From a virus, in the IMG/VR virus record IMGVR_UViG_3300032245_001466, positions 1 through 64,000 of that record: 64,000 nucleotides of DNA, one strand, 5' to 3'. The position numbers were made by a program, and so were the translations under genes. This document shows, piece after piece, positions 10,851 to 20,430 of this stretch (its first letter is position 1; each line of letters opens with the position of its first letter). Under the pieces are notes generated by a model that worked only from the letters and a program-made list of their open reading frames with translations, searched no databases and was not told the origin of the DNA.

Positions 10851-11182
10851 CGATCGATTCTTTCTGCCCTGAGTAGTAGGTGATGTCGGATGGCCTCGAA
10901 GTCTACCGCGATAACGCGGAACTCGAGGCCATCAGTTTCTAGGCGATCATTAAGTTCCGGCTTATCTCTTCCCTCCAGGTATGGAGTCCAGAAGCGGTAT
11001 ATTTGACGAGCTGTCATACCAGTCTGGGTGGCGTAGTCCCTGCTTCCGTCCTGCCTCAGGGATTGATAGTGGCATTTCTTCACCCAGATAATTTCATCAG
11101 TTGTAATCGGAGTTCCGTCAGCGGCCTGGCTTGACATCCCTTTACGCCTAAGGGTGACAGTTGCCATCGCCCCTGGGATCAT
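10847..11182 (-). CDS. Head-closure (stopper)-like protein
   Basis: Size, position after connector, C-terminal FRVIAVD..RHHL beta pattern. Confidence 0.55.
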   Translation of the reverse strand: MIPGAMATVTLRRKGMSSQAADGTPITTDEIIWVKKCHYQSLRQDGSRDYATQTGMTARQIYRFWTPYLEGRDKPELNDRLETDGLEFRVIAVDFEAIRHHLLLRAERIDR

Positions 11183-12099
11183 CTTAGGGACACCGATACG
11201 TACTGGTCAAGGATGGCGGCTGCCGTAGGCGGAATTGAGAGCGCAGAATATCTTCCCCCAACAACTTGCGGCAGACGCTCCATGGTTGTGTCGCCAACGG
11301 TCAGGCGAGTCAGGAGGCCCATTCCGCTCTGGTAGAGGGAATCCCTGGCCGCAAGGTCCATGGCGATAAGGGCTGTTGCGTCTTTGATCTCGTGTGGTGG
11401 CACCTTGTATCCGTGTGTATACGAAATCTTTGCTACTGGGTTAATAAGGCCTAATGCAACAATTGCCGGAAACAAAGAATACGTAACGTTGGCAAGGCTT
11501 GTGACCTCGACATAGTTTTGGGTGTTGTTGATGTATAGGTCTGTATTGCTAAAAGTTGCTCGCTGCGTATTGCTTACAAAAACTTCAAGCGATTCAACGT
11601 TAATAATTGGTGAGTTATATGGAAATACCCGCCTTGTTTCCTGATTCCAAACGTGTTGCTCAGTGGCAGAGAGATGCTGGAATGAAAACCCACAGTAGGC
11701 ATCGACCATTGATGAGGCAACTGATATCAGTCGCTCAAGTCGGTTGTCTGTTGATTCGGTTCCGTCAGGAAGGCTAAGCGCGCCAAGCTCATATTCTCTG
11801 AACTCAGAAACTGTTACATATCCAAGTTCCTTGCCCTGGAATGCCGCTGCCCAGGAGCTTGCGGCAGATGTTGAGGAGTTAAATAGTCGATAGGTATACC
11901 AGTAGTTAACTGGGTACCCTGAGTCGGTGTAGTTGTAAACACCAACCTTTGAGTCAAGCGCAATGACCGACCCTAGGTTAGCAAAGGTCCCATTCTGAGC
12001 GCTGGCGTACTCCTCCGTCGAAGCCCTGCCAATTTGAATATGGGTGTAGGACGACGCTGAGGCTGCTGGATTGTCGATGTTTACGGTGACTCTTATCAT
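11179..12099 (-). CDS. Head-tail connector/adaptor protein
   Basis: YVTVSEFREY..LISVASSMVDAYCG..YTHGY..P..IKDA..ILDQY pattern of gp6/gp15-type adaptors. Confidence 0.7.
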   Translation of the reverse strand: MIRVTVNIDNPAASASSYTHIQIGRASTEEYASAQNGTFANLGSVIALDSKVGVYNYTDSGYPVNYWYTYRLFNSSTSAASSWAAAFQGKELGYVTVSEFREYELGALSLPDGTESTDNRLERLISVASSMVDAYCGFSFQHLSATEQHVWNQETRRVFPYNSPIINVESLEVFVSNTQRATFSNTDLYINNTQNYVEVTSLANVTYSLFPAIVALGLINPVAKISYTHGYKVPPHEIKDATALIAMDLAARDSLYQSGMGLLTRLTVGDTTMERLPQVVGGRYSALSIPPTAAAILDQYVSVSLR

Positions 12100-12177
12100 T
12101 TGTCCATCCTAAAGCAATGGGGCCCGCATGGCACCTAATAAGTGTCCTGCGAGCCCCACCGCAAACTACGGAGTTAA

Positions 12178-12498
12178 TTACTCGGCTTTGCCGAAAACCT
12201 TCTCCAGCTCAGCCTTCTGGGCGTCGGTAAGCTCCTTCTTGGCTGGGGCAATCGCTGGCTCCACCTCTACGGTGCACCCCTGCGCTACCACATCAAGAAG
12301 ATACTTTGCCTTTACGCTCCCCACCCCAAGGTGGAACCGGACGACGGTGCCGTCGCCAAGTACCAAGGATGAAAGGCCGCTGTGATTGCGAATCTTAACA
12401 ATCTGGTCGTCGGCAACAGCAACCTTTGCAGCCGCAACGGCCTTCTTGGCTACTGCTGCGGAGTCCACCGCAGGAGCTTCCTTCTTATCATCAAACAT
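12178..12498 (-). CDS. Hypothetical head-operon protein
   Basis: ORF with AGGAG RBS downstream of the MCP. Confidence 0.65.
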   Translation of the reverse strand: MFDDKKEAPAVDSAAVAKKAVAAAKVAVADDQIVKIRNHSGLSSLVLGDGTVVRFHLGVGSVKAKYLLDVVAQGCTVEVEPAIAPAKKELTDAQKAELEKVFGKAE

Positions 12499-12517
12499 TT
12501 TTGCTCCTAACGCTTCT

Positions 12518-12543
12518 GGGACCCCGGATCACTCCGGGGTCCC
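12518..12543 (-). terminator. Hairpin after major capsid gene
   Basis: GGGACCCCGGA/TCCGGGGTCCC inverted repeat. Confidence 0.55.
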
Positions 12544-12561
12544 TTCAGCAAATTGCTTAGA

Positions 12562-13797
12562 TTACGCGGTTACGCGAATCTTGGCCTGGAACTGAGGAGC
12601 CTTGTTCGCAAAGCCCTGCATCACATACATGATGTAGAGTCGCGTCAGGGCGCCGTTCACGCCAATCGGGATCTCGAGCGTCGTGATCGAGTCCGAACCA
12701 AGGTAAGGCATCGACCAGCCGGACTCATCTACCACGTACATATCGCGATAGTTCGTTCCTGAGATCGCATAGCCGCCGATGGCGTCTCCTGGGACCGCAA
12801 GAATTGGAAGCGAACCAGCCGCCGTGACGACCGAGCCAAAGGTTGCGCCAGCGAGCTGGTCAGCCTGTGCAGGGGCGTTGTAGCGAACAAGGTTCGTGAG
12901 CTCATTTACAAGACCAGCGTAGTCCGTTGGCGTGCAAACGATTGCCGATGGGTTTCCACCGTTGTCAAGAACGCCAGCGACGGCAGTGTTGATCGTCGAA
13001 AGGTACGAAGCCGTACCCTTGCCAACGATACCATTGCCGGCAGCGGCGGCCGTGCCAAGGAGCTTGCGGAGGCCGTCGAACGAGTTGGCATCATAGGCGC
13101 CAAGCTCGGTCGTTGCGCCCGCACCCGTGGTAACGGTTGCGTTGCCCTGGAAAAGGGTCTTCTGAAGCTTGTGCGCAATGGCGGTGACGCCGCTGCCAAG
13201 CTCCTGCGAAAGGCCATTGAACGGCGAGCCGCCCTGACCAAGCGCGAACTGATTCTTCAGCGTGATACCACGGCGGGTAGCAAGCACAGCGACGTTGGTC
13301 GTCTGGCGAGCGTAGGTCGCGGTGTCATCCGTCACGGTGCCGGTCTCCGTCTGGAAGACGGCGTCGCCGTAGGCGGTCTGCTGGTTGAACGCGTGCACGA
13401 GGCCGTTTGCGGGCTCCTTGCGAAGTCGCTCAAACAGTGGGAACTTCTTTACGAAAAGGCTGTAAAGAATAGGCTCGAGGTCCTGGCGGATGAGCGCCGT
13501 ACCGGCCGAGCTATCAAGGGCCTTAGCGATTGCTGGGTTCGACATAGCAAGCTGGTTAAGCACTGCCGAATCGGCCTGCTTGCCAACCTGGGCCGAAGCC
13601 TGAACATCGAGCATCTCATTGAGCTCGGTGGCCGACATCTTCGAGAACTTCTTGCGAAGTTCGCGCTGAACGGCATAGGCCTCTGCTGGGTCAAACGCAC
13701 TCTTCTTCTCGACGTCGATCTCGCGACCAACGTGGCCGTCGTTCAACGAGGCAAGGCCTCGCTCGACGTCCTGGAGCTTCTCACGAATCTCACTCAT
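12562..13797 (-). CDS. Major capsid protein (HK97 fold)
   Basis: 411 aa downstream of the protease; ALIRQDLEP, FQGNA..FDGL motifs; strongly biased codon usage. Confidence 0.85.
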   Translation of the reverse strand: MSEIREKLQDVERGLASLNDGHVGREIDVEKKSAFDPAEAYAVQRELRKKFSKMSATELNEMLDVQASAQVGKQADSAVLNQLAMSNPAIAKALDSSAGTALIRQDLEPILYSLFVKKFPLFERLRKEPANGLVHAFNQQTAYGDAVFQTETGTVTDDTATYARQTTNVAVLATRRGITLKNQFALGQGGSPFNGLSQELGSGVTAIAHKLQKTLFQGNATVTTGAGATTELGAYDANSFDGLRKLLGTAAAAGNGIVGKGTASYLSTINTAVAGVLDNGGNPSAIVCTPTDYAGLVNELTNLVRYNAPAQADQLAGATFGSVVTAAGSLPILAVPGDAIGGYAISGTNYRDMYVVDESGWSMPYLGSDSITTLEIPIGVNGALTRLYIMYVMQGFANKAPQFQAKIRVTA

Positions 13798-13803
13798 AAT
13801 CTA

Positions 13804-15972
13804 TTAATCCTTCTGCGCCTCAAGGACGCGCTGTACATATGGGCTCAACCACGGAGCGGTCTCCGCGGCCTTTACCTGAATTCCTTGCGGAACGTCAACA
13901 GACTTTCGCCCAACCCCAAGAGCGCTGATGCGCTCAATGAGATCGAGAGCCTTCGACAGATCCTCTTCGACCTTGGCCTTTGACTCAGCAAGTTCGGTCA
14001 CCTTTGCCGCAAGGGCAGCGACCTCCTCGTGAGCAGCATTGGCTGCATCGAGAGCGGACTTTGCGATTGACTTGACCTCCTCAAGAGGGGCCACGTCAGC
14101 CTCGACAACCTCCGCTGCCGGGGCCTCCTCAACGGGGGCCTCAACAACAACTTCCGCCTCGGCCGCTTCCGGCTGTACGGATGATTCATCGCCGTCGACG
14201 GACTTCTCCTCTTCGACGAGCTTGGCGCCAAGCGCCTCAAGTGCAGCAACGGCTGGGTCCTTGGCAGGCTCTTCGGCCTCCTCTGGCTCCCCAACCGGAG
14301 CGTCTTCCTCGCCGTCTGGGGTGGCAGAGGCCTTAACCTCTTCCTTCTCCGACGGGGCGACCTCATCCTCTGAGACCGCAGGAGCCGCTACTGGCTGCTT
14401 GTCTTCATTGTCCGTGCTGACCGTAACGGTCACACGGGTCTTCTTCTCAAGTTCGCTGTCCATACTATTCTCCACGCTACTTTCTTCTTGCTCCGGAGCA
14501 TCGCCCGGCATTTCCGGCTTTTCGTTATCCATTGACTCATCTTCCTCGGGGGCAAGCGAAGCGCGAAGCTGCCATGACCACTTCTGGTGCATGTCTTGCC
14601 GCTCTGCCAAAAGATTGGCAATACCCTGCTGATTTGCATCAGTGGCGGCCTTAAAGGCGACCATGATGTGCTCCAGCAGCGCCTCATTTGCGGCGTAGAG
14701 AGCCTCTGCAAGGCTTTCTGCGTCGTAGTCATCGGCAAGAGCGCCATTGCTGGTCATTCTTGCCAAATCCTTGAGTTCAAATGGGGCAGAAGAATTAAGT
14801 TTTCTAAGGCTTTCTGCAATTGGGTCAAGCGACTCATGAACGTCTTCGTAAATTTCTCCAAATAGTTCATGATATTGAGCAAACTCTTCACCAACTACAT
14901 TCCAGTGGGCGCCATGCGCTTTTAGATAGAATGCCGTAGTTTCAGCAAGAAGGTTGTACAAAGCGCCAATTAGCGGCGACTTTTCCGCCGATGGCTGTCC
15001 CTCAATCTCAACAGCTTTCCAAGCATTGAGAATGTCTTCTACTGACTTTTTTGGCTTCTTGAGGCGAGATTGATATGAATCGATAATTGATCGCGCGCGA
15101 TCCAGAACTTCAGCCGGGGCATCTGTCTGGGGAAGTCTTGAGGCGGCGGCGCGAATGCCGGCATCAACGGCAACAAGCTTTCCATTTGAGACGTCCGCAA
15201 AAGGCAATTTATAAGATCCCTTTAGATTTGGATTGGCACTATCGTGAATGAGGAATCCCTTTGAAACCGCGGAAAGGTTGTCTCCGGCGAGGGCCCACAT
15301 GCGGCTTTCTGCCGCCGCTCCATCCCACGAATCGCGTCGAAGAATTGGAAGACTTGAAGATCCTCCGGCGACCCACTTTGAGGCAGCTTTATTGCTTTCG
15401 GCAAGTTCACCTTCAAGAAGATCAAGATCAACGCCGGCAGACTTAATGCTCTTAATGGCATTGTGAAGATATGAGCGCTGGTTGGCGGGAATGCCAACGA
15501 CGCTTGCCTCAAGGAGTCTGACCTTTTCAATCACAATTGACTCAGGCTGATCCCCCTGCGCAGCCTTTCGGCTGGCCTTCTCAACTCTGGCGCCAATAGA
15601 CAGTCCCAGCTTGACGCCGCGCTTGATTGCGCGATAAGCACGAAGGGCTTCTGGGTTTTCGTCTTCGTTTACGACACGGATATTGACGTCAAGGTCATAA
15701 ACTTCCTGATTGGTCTCCGAGTCCCATCGCTTTACAATCTCGGCATCAGTGGCCGAGCCAAAAAGGTCCTCTGGAACGTTGTAATTATGATTCAAGAATA
15801 CAGTCATATTCTGGCGAGCGGTGTCCGCCATTGACTTAAGCGCCCCGAGGGACATCTCATCACCGTGGAGGTCCCTGATTGATGAAGATGTGGTTCCGGC
15901 GACAAACTTCTCGCCGCTCTCGTTTTCGTATGCCTTCAAGGCATTTGTATAAATCTTGAAGTCCAAGTTCAT
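13804..15972 (-). CDS. Prohead protease/scaffold with internal Dps-like ferritin domain
   Basis: N-term HK97-type protease (RDLHGD, NHN, GLSIG, LLEASVVGIPAN); Dps signature H-x11-H-x14-D-x3-E at about 14553-14979; acidic scaffold C-terminus. Confidence 0.85.
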   Translation of the reverse strand: MNLDFKIYTNALKAYENESGEKFVAGTTSSSIRDLHGDEMSLGALKSMADTARQNMTVFLNHNYNVPEDLFGSATDAEIVKRWDSETNQEVYDLDVNIRVVNEDENPEALRAYRAIKRGVKLGLSIGARVEKASRKAAQGDQPESIVIEKVRLLEASVVGIPANQRSYLHNAIKSIKSAGVDLDLLEGELAESNKAASKWVAGGSSSLPILRRDSWDGAAAESRMWALAGDNLSAVSKGFLIHDSANPNLKGSYKLPFADVSNGKLVAVDAGIRAAASRLPQTDAPAEVLDRARSIIDSYQSRLKKPKKSVEDILNAWKAVEIEGQPSAEKSPLIGALYNLLAETTAFYLKAHGAHWNVVGEEFAQYHELFGEIYEDVHESLDPIAESLRKLNSSAPFELKDLARMTSNGALADDYDAESLAEALYAANEALLEHIMVAFKAATDANQQGIANLLAERQDMHQKWSWQLRASLAPEEDESMDNEKPEMPGDAPEQEESSVENSMDSELEKKTRVTVTVSTDNEDKQPVAAPAVSEDEVAPSEKEEVKASATPDGEEDAPVGEPEEAEEPAKDPAVAALEALGAKLVEEEKSVDGDESSVQPEAAEAEVVVEAPVEEAPAAEVVEADVAPLEEVKSIAKSALDAANAAHEEVAALAAKVTELAESKAKVEEDLSKALDLIERISALGVGRKSVDVPQGIQVKAAETAPWLSPYVQRVLEAQKD

Positions 15973-16176
15973 TTCCTCCGGCTACTATGCTTCAAAGGCG
16001 CACGGGGCGCTGCCGCCATCAACCTGATAGACGGCTGTGTCAGTAGATAGTCCCGTATGATCACCCGTAGATAATCCATCAACAAGGCTCTTTTCGCAAG
16101 GATATTCATTCCTACACATGCTGCTAATATACATGATTTTTGCACAGATTGTTAGGAAAAGTGTATACTGACAGGC

Positions 16177-16665
16177 ATGTGTGAGAGAGGGGCAGTCAAC
16201 TGCCATTTGTGCCGGGAATTGAACGCGTCGGAGACCGCCCTTATTGACATCGTACTCACTATGAGGCGCCTGCAAAAGACCCTTTCTCCCATCATGAAGC
16301 GCTATGAGGAGATCCACCGCGCCCACCCAAGATGTGCTCTATGTACCATTATGATTGGCCCAGAGCACCTAGAGACCAAGCTAGTCCCAGAGCCTATGGT
16401 CCCCAGGGCTAAGGGCCAGAAGCGCTACTCGGTCTGTCCAAACTGCTACGACGTCCTTAAGTCAGTCAAGAGAAGCGTTCCCCAGCAGATTAAGTATTCT
16501 CGTCATGTTGAGGAAGAATTGGTTAGGCTGGACGAAGATGATAAAATTGAGTATGATGGCTTCTGGAAAAAGTTCCGAGACCAGAATATTGTAGACACCG
16601 ACGCCATTCTTGGGCTTAGCGGGGAGGGCCCTGAAGCTAACCCCGAAGAAGGGGACGAGGAATAA
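16177..16665 (+). CDS. Hypothetical Cys-rich protein
   Basis: ORF with three CxxC pairs. Confidence 0.55.
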   Translation: MCERGAVNCHLCRELNASETALIDIVLTMRRLQKTLSPIMKRYEEIHRAHPRCALCTIMIGPEHLETKLVPEPMVPRAKGQKRYSVCPNCYDVLKSVKRSVPQQIKYSRHVEEELVRLDEDDKIEYDGFWKKFRDQNIVDTDAILGLSGEGPEANPEEGDEE

Positions 16666-16666
16666 A

Positions 16667-16903
16667 TTGGAATTTAGCGAAAGTGTTGAGATTCATTTTG
16701 AGGACGGAAGATACGTCGTGCCAAAATGGTGGGCTCGATTGCCTTCTTTTCGTGGCATTGGGATGGTCGATGGGATTAGAATGGTACCGTTCAAGTATAC
16801 AGAGGCCAGAGCAATTGTAAACAAAGACTTGGATCAAACTGCGATAACTAGCGCAATCAGGTCCTGGAGAACGAGAAAGCCGAAGGAGCAAAATCCGTGG
16901 TAA
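16667..16903 (+). CDS. Hypothetical protein
   Basis: GAGG RBS before TTG; abuts the portal gene. Confidence 0.5.
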   Translation: MEFSESVEIHFEDGRYVVPKWWARLPSFRGIGMVDGIRMVPFKYTEARAIVNKDLDQTAITSAIRSWRTRKPKEQNPW

Positions 16904-19068
16904 TGATGCCGTGGGAGCGACTAAAGCGCTCCGAAACTACGTCAGAAGCGCAGGCAACCGTTGATGCGATTAAGGACGCAATCCTTATCCCCAACTACGA
17001 CTCGCAGCCATATGCCCGAGGCGCTGGGCAAAGTACCGTGCAGAAGCGATCGGTCAACATGCTTCGCAAGTGGTCGCGCAACAATCCATGGATTCGTGCT
17101 GCCATCAACCTGCGCCGGCAGCAGATTAGCCGCGCCCGCTGGGACATTGTGACCATTGATGGCGAAAGTCAGGCAAACGTAGAAATCGTTCACAAGATTA
17201 AACATCTTTTGCGAGACCCAAACACTCGGATGGATTCATGGAGATCATTTATTGAGCCCATTGTTGAAGACATCTTGGTTCTTGACCAAGGCGCAATTGA
17301 AAAGGAATTGACCGTTGGCGCAAGGGCTGGTCGCGCAGTGGACCCAATTAAGAATCTTTGGCCAAAAGATGCTTCAAGAATAGCATTTGATCCAAATTGG
17401 GATGGAAGCAATCTCAAAAAGCCTAGATATTTTGAATACGATGATACGGGCAAGGTAATTGCAGAATACAAGAACGAAGAAATGGTGGTCATTGTTGCCA
17501 ACAAAGTTACCTATTCCCCACTTGGGCTTTCTCCCCTAGAGGTTCTTGCTGAAACTATTGAGGCAGACCTGCGCGCTGCAAAGTACAACAACAACATTGT
17601 GGAACAGGCAACGCCACCAGGCATCATTGATCTTGGCGAGGGCGTGCGTCCAGATCAGGTTGATGCATTTAAGACTTATTGGGAGGGCGAGATTGCAGGG
17701 AAGAGCCAGACCGCAATCACCGGCGGCGGCAAAGGGGTCAAGTGGATTCCAATGGCCCAGTCCAACAGGGACATGCAGTTTATGGAATGGCAGATCTATC
17801 TTGCCCGAAAGATCTGTGCAGTATTTGGCGTTCAGCCACAAGACATTGGTTTGAACTTTGACGTCAACAAGAGCACGTCTGAGTATGGGGCGGCATTCAC
17901 TGCCGACAACGGTATCGCACCGCTATGCGAGCTAATCGCGGATTATATTACCCGCGAGATCGTCTGGTTGTATGACAGAAACCTTAGATTTGTTTACACC
18001 GACGTCGGCAGGGAATCCGCAGCGGCCGTTTCCGACTACTATAAGGCGGCACTTGCTGGACTCCCTTGGCTTCGACTAAACGATGCACTCAAGGAGCGCG
18101 GGCAGGACGCTGTCGGCGATCTTGGAAATGAGATCTGGATGCCAAGCCCGCTTGGCTATATGCCGCTTAGATTTTACGAGCTTTATTTGAAGGGAAAAGT
18201 TGGCGATCCCGATATGCCGCCACCGCCGACGGTTCCTGACGCCCCGGAGGGAGCAGTCGATACGTCTCCCGGTGCTGGCGGCACCAAGCCAAGCCCCAAG
18301 CCGCCACAGGGCAAGGATCAGCTTGAGTCAAAGCCAAATCCAGATATGAACCCAAGGCAGCAAGAGAACAAGAAGCAGATTGTGGTTATCGAGCCAGATA
18401 GCATTCTTTCTGATGAATGCCCGTCTGAGGTAATTGACGCAATTGATGATTACGTTGCGCAGGGCGCGGAAATCATTGCAATTTCTCGATCAAAGGCAGA
18501 CAAGGAAGAGATTCGCGCTGAACTTGAGGAGTGCGGAATTAATGTTGTTGATGTTCTCTGCAACACATTCCCAGACGATACTGTCTTGCAATTCAAGCGA
18601 TATGAGTCGCAAAAGATTAGCAGGCTTGGTGCAGAGGTTATCGCCTACTACGACGGCGACCAACAAATTGCCGATGCCTATAAATCTTCGCATCCGCTTG
18701 CTAAGGATCTTGCAGTGTTTGATGCCGAGAAGGCGGATGGGATCAATCTAAATGTTCCCGATGGCGTAAAGGCAGAGGCAAAGAAGGGCCTTGATTGGCG
18801 TCGGGAGTTTGGCAGGGGCGGCATTGGCCCTGGTCAGCAGACCGCAAGAATGCTGATCGGCAACAAGATGACCATTGCACGAGTAAGAAAGATGCGCTCG
18901 TACCTTGCTCGGCACGAAGTCGACAAGCGCGGTGAAGGCTGGGCTCCTGGCCAGAAGGGATTCCCTTCAGCCGGAAGAATCGCGTGGGCTCTCTGGGGTG
19001 GAGATTCGGGCAAGGCGTGGTCAAACAAGGTCATGCGTTCGGTTGAAGCCAAAGAGAGAAACGGCTAG
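16897..19068 (+). CDS. Portal protein with C-terminal extra domains
   Basis: Portal motifs (WIRAAINLR, GLSPLE, DMQFMEW..ARKICAVFGV.P.DIG); Pro-rich linker then two extra domains. Confidence 0.85.
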   Translation: MVMMPWERLKRSETTSEAQATVDAIKDAILIPNYDSQPYARGAGQSTVQKRSVNMLRKWSRNNPWIRAAINLRRQQISRARWDIVTIDGESQANVEIVHKIKHLLRDPNTRMDSWRSFIEPIVEDILVLDQGAIEKELTVGARAGRAVDPIKNLWPKDASRIAFDPNWDGSNLKKPRYFEYDDTGKVIAEYKNEEMVVIVANKVTYSPLGLSPLEVLAETIEADLRAAKYNNNIVEQATPPGIIDLGEGVRPDQVDAFKTYWEGEIAGKSQTAITGGGKGVKWIPMAQSNRDMQFMEWQIYLARKICAVFGVQPQDIGLNFDVNKSTSEYGAAFTADNGIAPLCELIADYITREIVWLYDRNLRFVYTDVGRESAAAVSDYYKAALAGLPWLRLNDALKERGQDAVGDLGNEIWMPSPLGYMPLRFYELYLKGKVGDPDMPPPPTVPDAPEGAVDTSPGAGGTKPSPKPPQGKDQLESKPNPDMNPRQQENKKQIVVIEPDSILSDECPSEVIDAIDDYVAQGAEIIAISRSKADKEEIRAELEECGINVVDVLCNTFPDDTVLQFKRYESQKISRLGAEVIAYYDGDQQIADAYKSSHPLAKDLAVFDAEKADGINLNVPDGVKAEAKKGLDWRREFGRGGIGPGQQTARMLIGNKMTIARVRKMRSYLARHEVDKRGEGWAPGQKGFPSAGRIAWALWGGDSGKAWSNKVMRSVEAKERNG

Positions 19069-19074
19069 CGCTTT

Positions 19075-19224
19075 ATGGCAGATAAATACTTTCACGTGCA
19101 GCCTTGCTTTTGCCTCCCCTGTAAGGTGCTAAAGCAGGACAAGGGAGAGCGACTTCCGCTCAGAGCAGAAACAGCAGCGCCAGAGAAAAAGCCTAAGAAG
19201 GCACGTGGCGCAAAGAAGTCCTAA
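19075..19224 (+). CDS. Small basic protein (49 aa, below ORF-track cutoff)
   Basis: MADKYFHVQPCFCLPC...KKS; TAATG coupling with the HNH gene. Confidence 0.5.
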   Translation: MADKYFHVQPCFCLPCKVLKQDKGERLPLRAETAAPEKKPKKARGAKKS

Positions 19225-19538
19225 TGGCGCACAAAGATCCCGTCACGCCGGAGCTGAGGAAGGCCATCTTGGATCGAGATCGAGGATGCGTTGGCCCAAG
19301 GGTTGGAATGCACGATCAATGTGGCAGCCAATTTGGGTCGGGAGGTCAAGTTGTTTTAGAGCTCGACCACGTATTTAATTCTGGCATGGGGAAGCGGGGG
19401 CCATCGGAAATGTGGAATCTGGTCACCCTCTGTGGCTGGCATCATAAGATTAAAACCGAATCGTCAAGAAAGTGGCGTGAGGTTTTGTATGAGTATTTGG
19501 AGACGTTTCAATATGACAGAGAACAATATCTACCGTAA
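19224..19538 (+). CDS. HNH endonuclease
   Basis: ILDRDRGC..LELDHV..NLVTLCGWHHKIKT. Confidence 0.85.
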   Translation: MAHKDPVTPELRKAILDRDRGCVGPRVGMHDQCGSQFGSGGQVVLELDHVFNSGMGKRGPSEMWNLVTLCGWHHKIKTESSRKWREVLYEYLETFQYDREQYLP

Positions 19539-19709
19539 CCAACCTTGCTCGAGCAAGATCTGCCCCTCAAAGCAGGCCAGCCTTGTGTCGCGGGGGCTTG
19601 GCCCAATGGTTAAGCGGGGAAATCAAAAATACCACCTGTGCTGCCTTCCTGAGCGCGGCTTGACAAAGGGTGATACAATCAAGTAAGGTGATACCGAAAA
19701 GGAGGGAGC

Positions 19710-20030
19710 ATGGCAGATAAGGGAATCTGGTGGCGATCTTGCTACGCGTGCGGCGGAAAGCTTTTTGAGCTATCTGCTGGTCCATTGTTTTGCTCAAACG
19801 AGCATTGCAAGCGTGGCGGAAGAATAATGTCGTTTGAAGAAACGACAGATAAGCAGGGGCAGGCGCAATCGGTGTGCATCTTAGATGACTGCCTGATGCA
19901 TAGAAAGGGAAGGTACGCAGATGACGGAAGCGGAGATGGCGGATCTTGGGAGATCCCGGTTCGACCTTCAACTGAAAAGGGTTCTAGAAGGCGATCAGGG
20001 AGAAAGACCAAAGGTGGTTCTGGGGTTTGA
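19710..20030 (+). CDS. Zinc-ribbon protein
   Basis: AGGAGG RBS; CYAC..CSNEHC. Confidence 0.55.
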   Translation: MADKGIWWRSCYACGGKLFELSAGPLFCSNEHCKRGGRIMSFEETTDKQGQAQSVCILDDCLMHRKGRYADDGSGDGGSWEIPVRPSTEKGSRRRSGRKTKGGSGV

Positions 20031-20154
20031 GGCAGCAAACGCAGCGGCCGCGATGGAACAGGGCCTCTCTTACGAGGATCGGGCGGCGTATCATTTAGGA
20101 ATTAATTATGCACTTGAGGCGTGGCTGGTGTATGATCTCAGCCAGAAGGATTGA
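19921..20154 (+). CDS. Hypothetical protein
   Basis: ORF coupled to the HTH gene. Confidence 0.5.
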   Translation: MTEAEMADLGRSRFDLQLKRVLEGDQGERPKVVLGFEAANAAAAMEQGLSYEDRAAYHLGINYALEAWLVYDLSQKD

Positions 20155-20429
20155 GTTACATGAAGCAGACGGGTCCTAATTTTGCAGAGCAGCGACTAAT
20201 TCAGCGGAAGAAAACCGCGCAGGTTTGGCGACTGCTTGAGGAGACCGGCATTAAGCGCAGGTTTCTTGCGCGACACCTTGGGGTGTCGTATGGTTATCTC
20301 AACCAGGTTCAGTATGGGCAGGCCCCAATCAGTGGGCCAATGCGAAAGCGCATCGCTGAGTTTCTTGGTGTAGACGAAAAGAAACTGTTCGAAGATCTCG
20401 ATCAGTTCATTAGCAATAAGGAGAGCTAG
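20151..20429 (+). CDS. XRE-type HTH regulator
   Basis: LARHLGVSYGYLNQV..G...RIAEFLGV. Confidence 0.8.
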   Translation: MSYMKQTGPNFAEQRLIQRKKTAQVWRLLEETGIKRRFLARHLGVSYGYLNQVQYGQAPISGPMRKRIAEFLGVDEKKLFEDLDQFISNKES

Positions 20430-20430
20430 T

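Noticed and set aside
13171-14632. Long plus-strand ORFs opposite capsid/protease (13171-13983, 14039-14632) and similar shadow ORFs (22756-23424, 24942-25673, 62816-63607)
   Set aside because: Antisense shadows of well-supported genes with biased codon usage; no RBS or motifs
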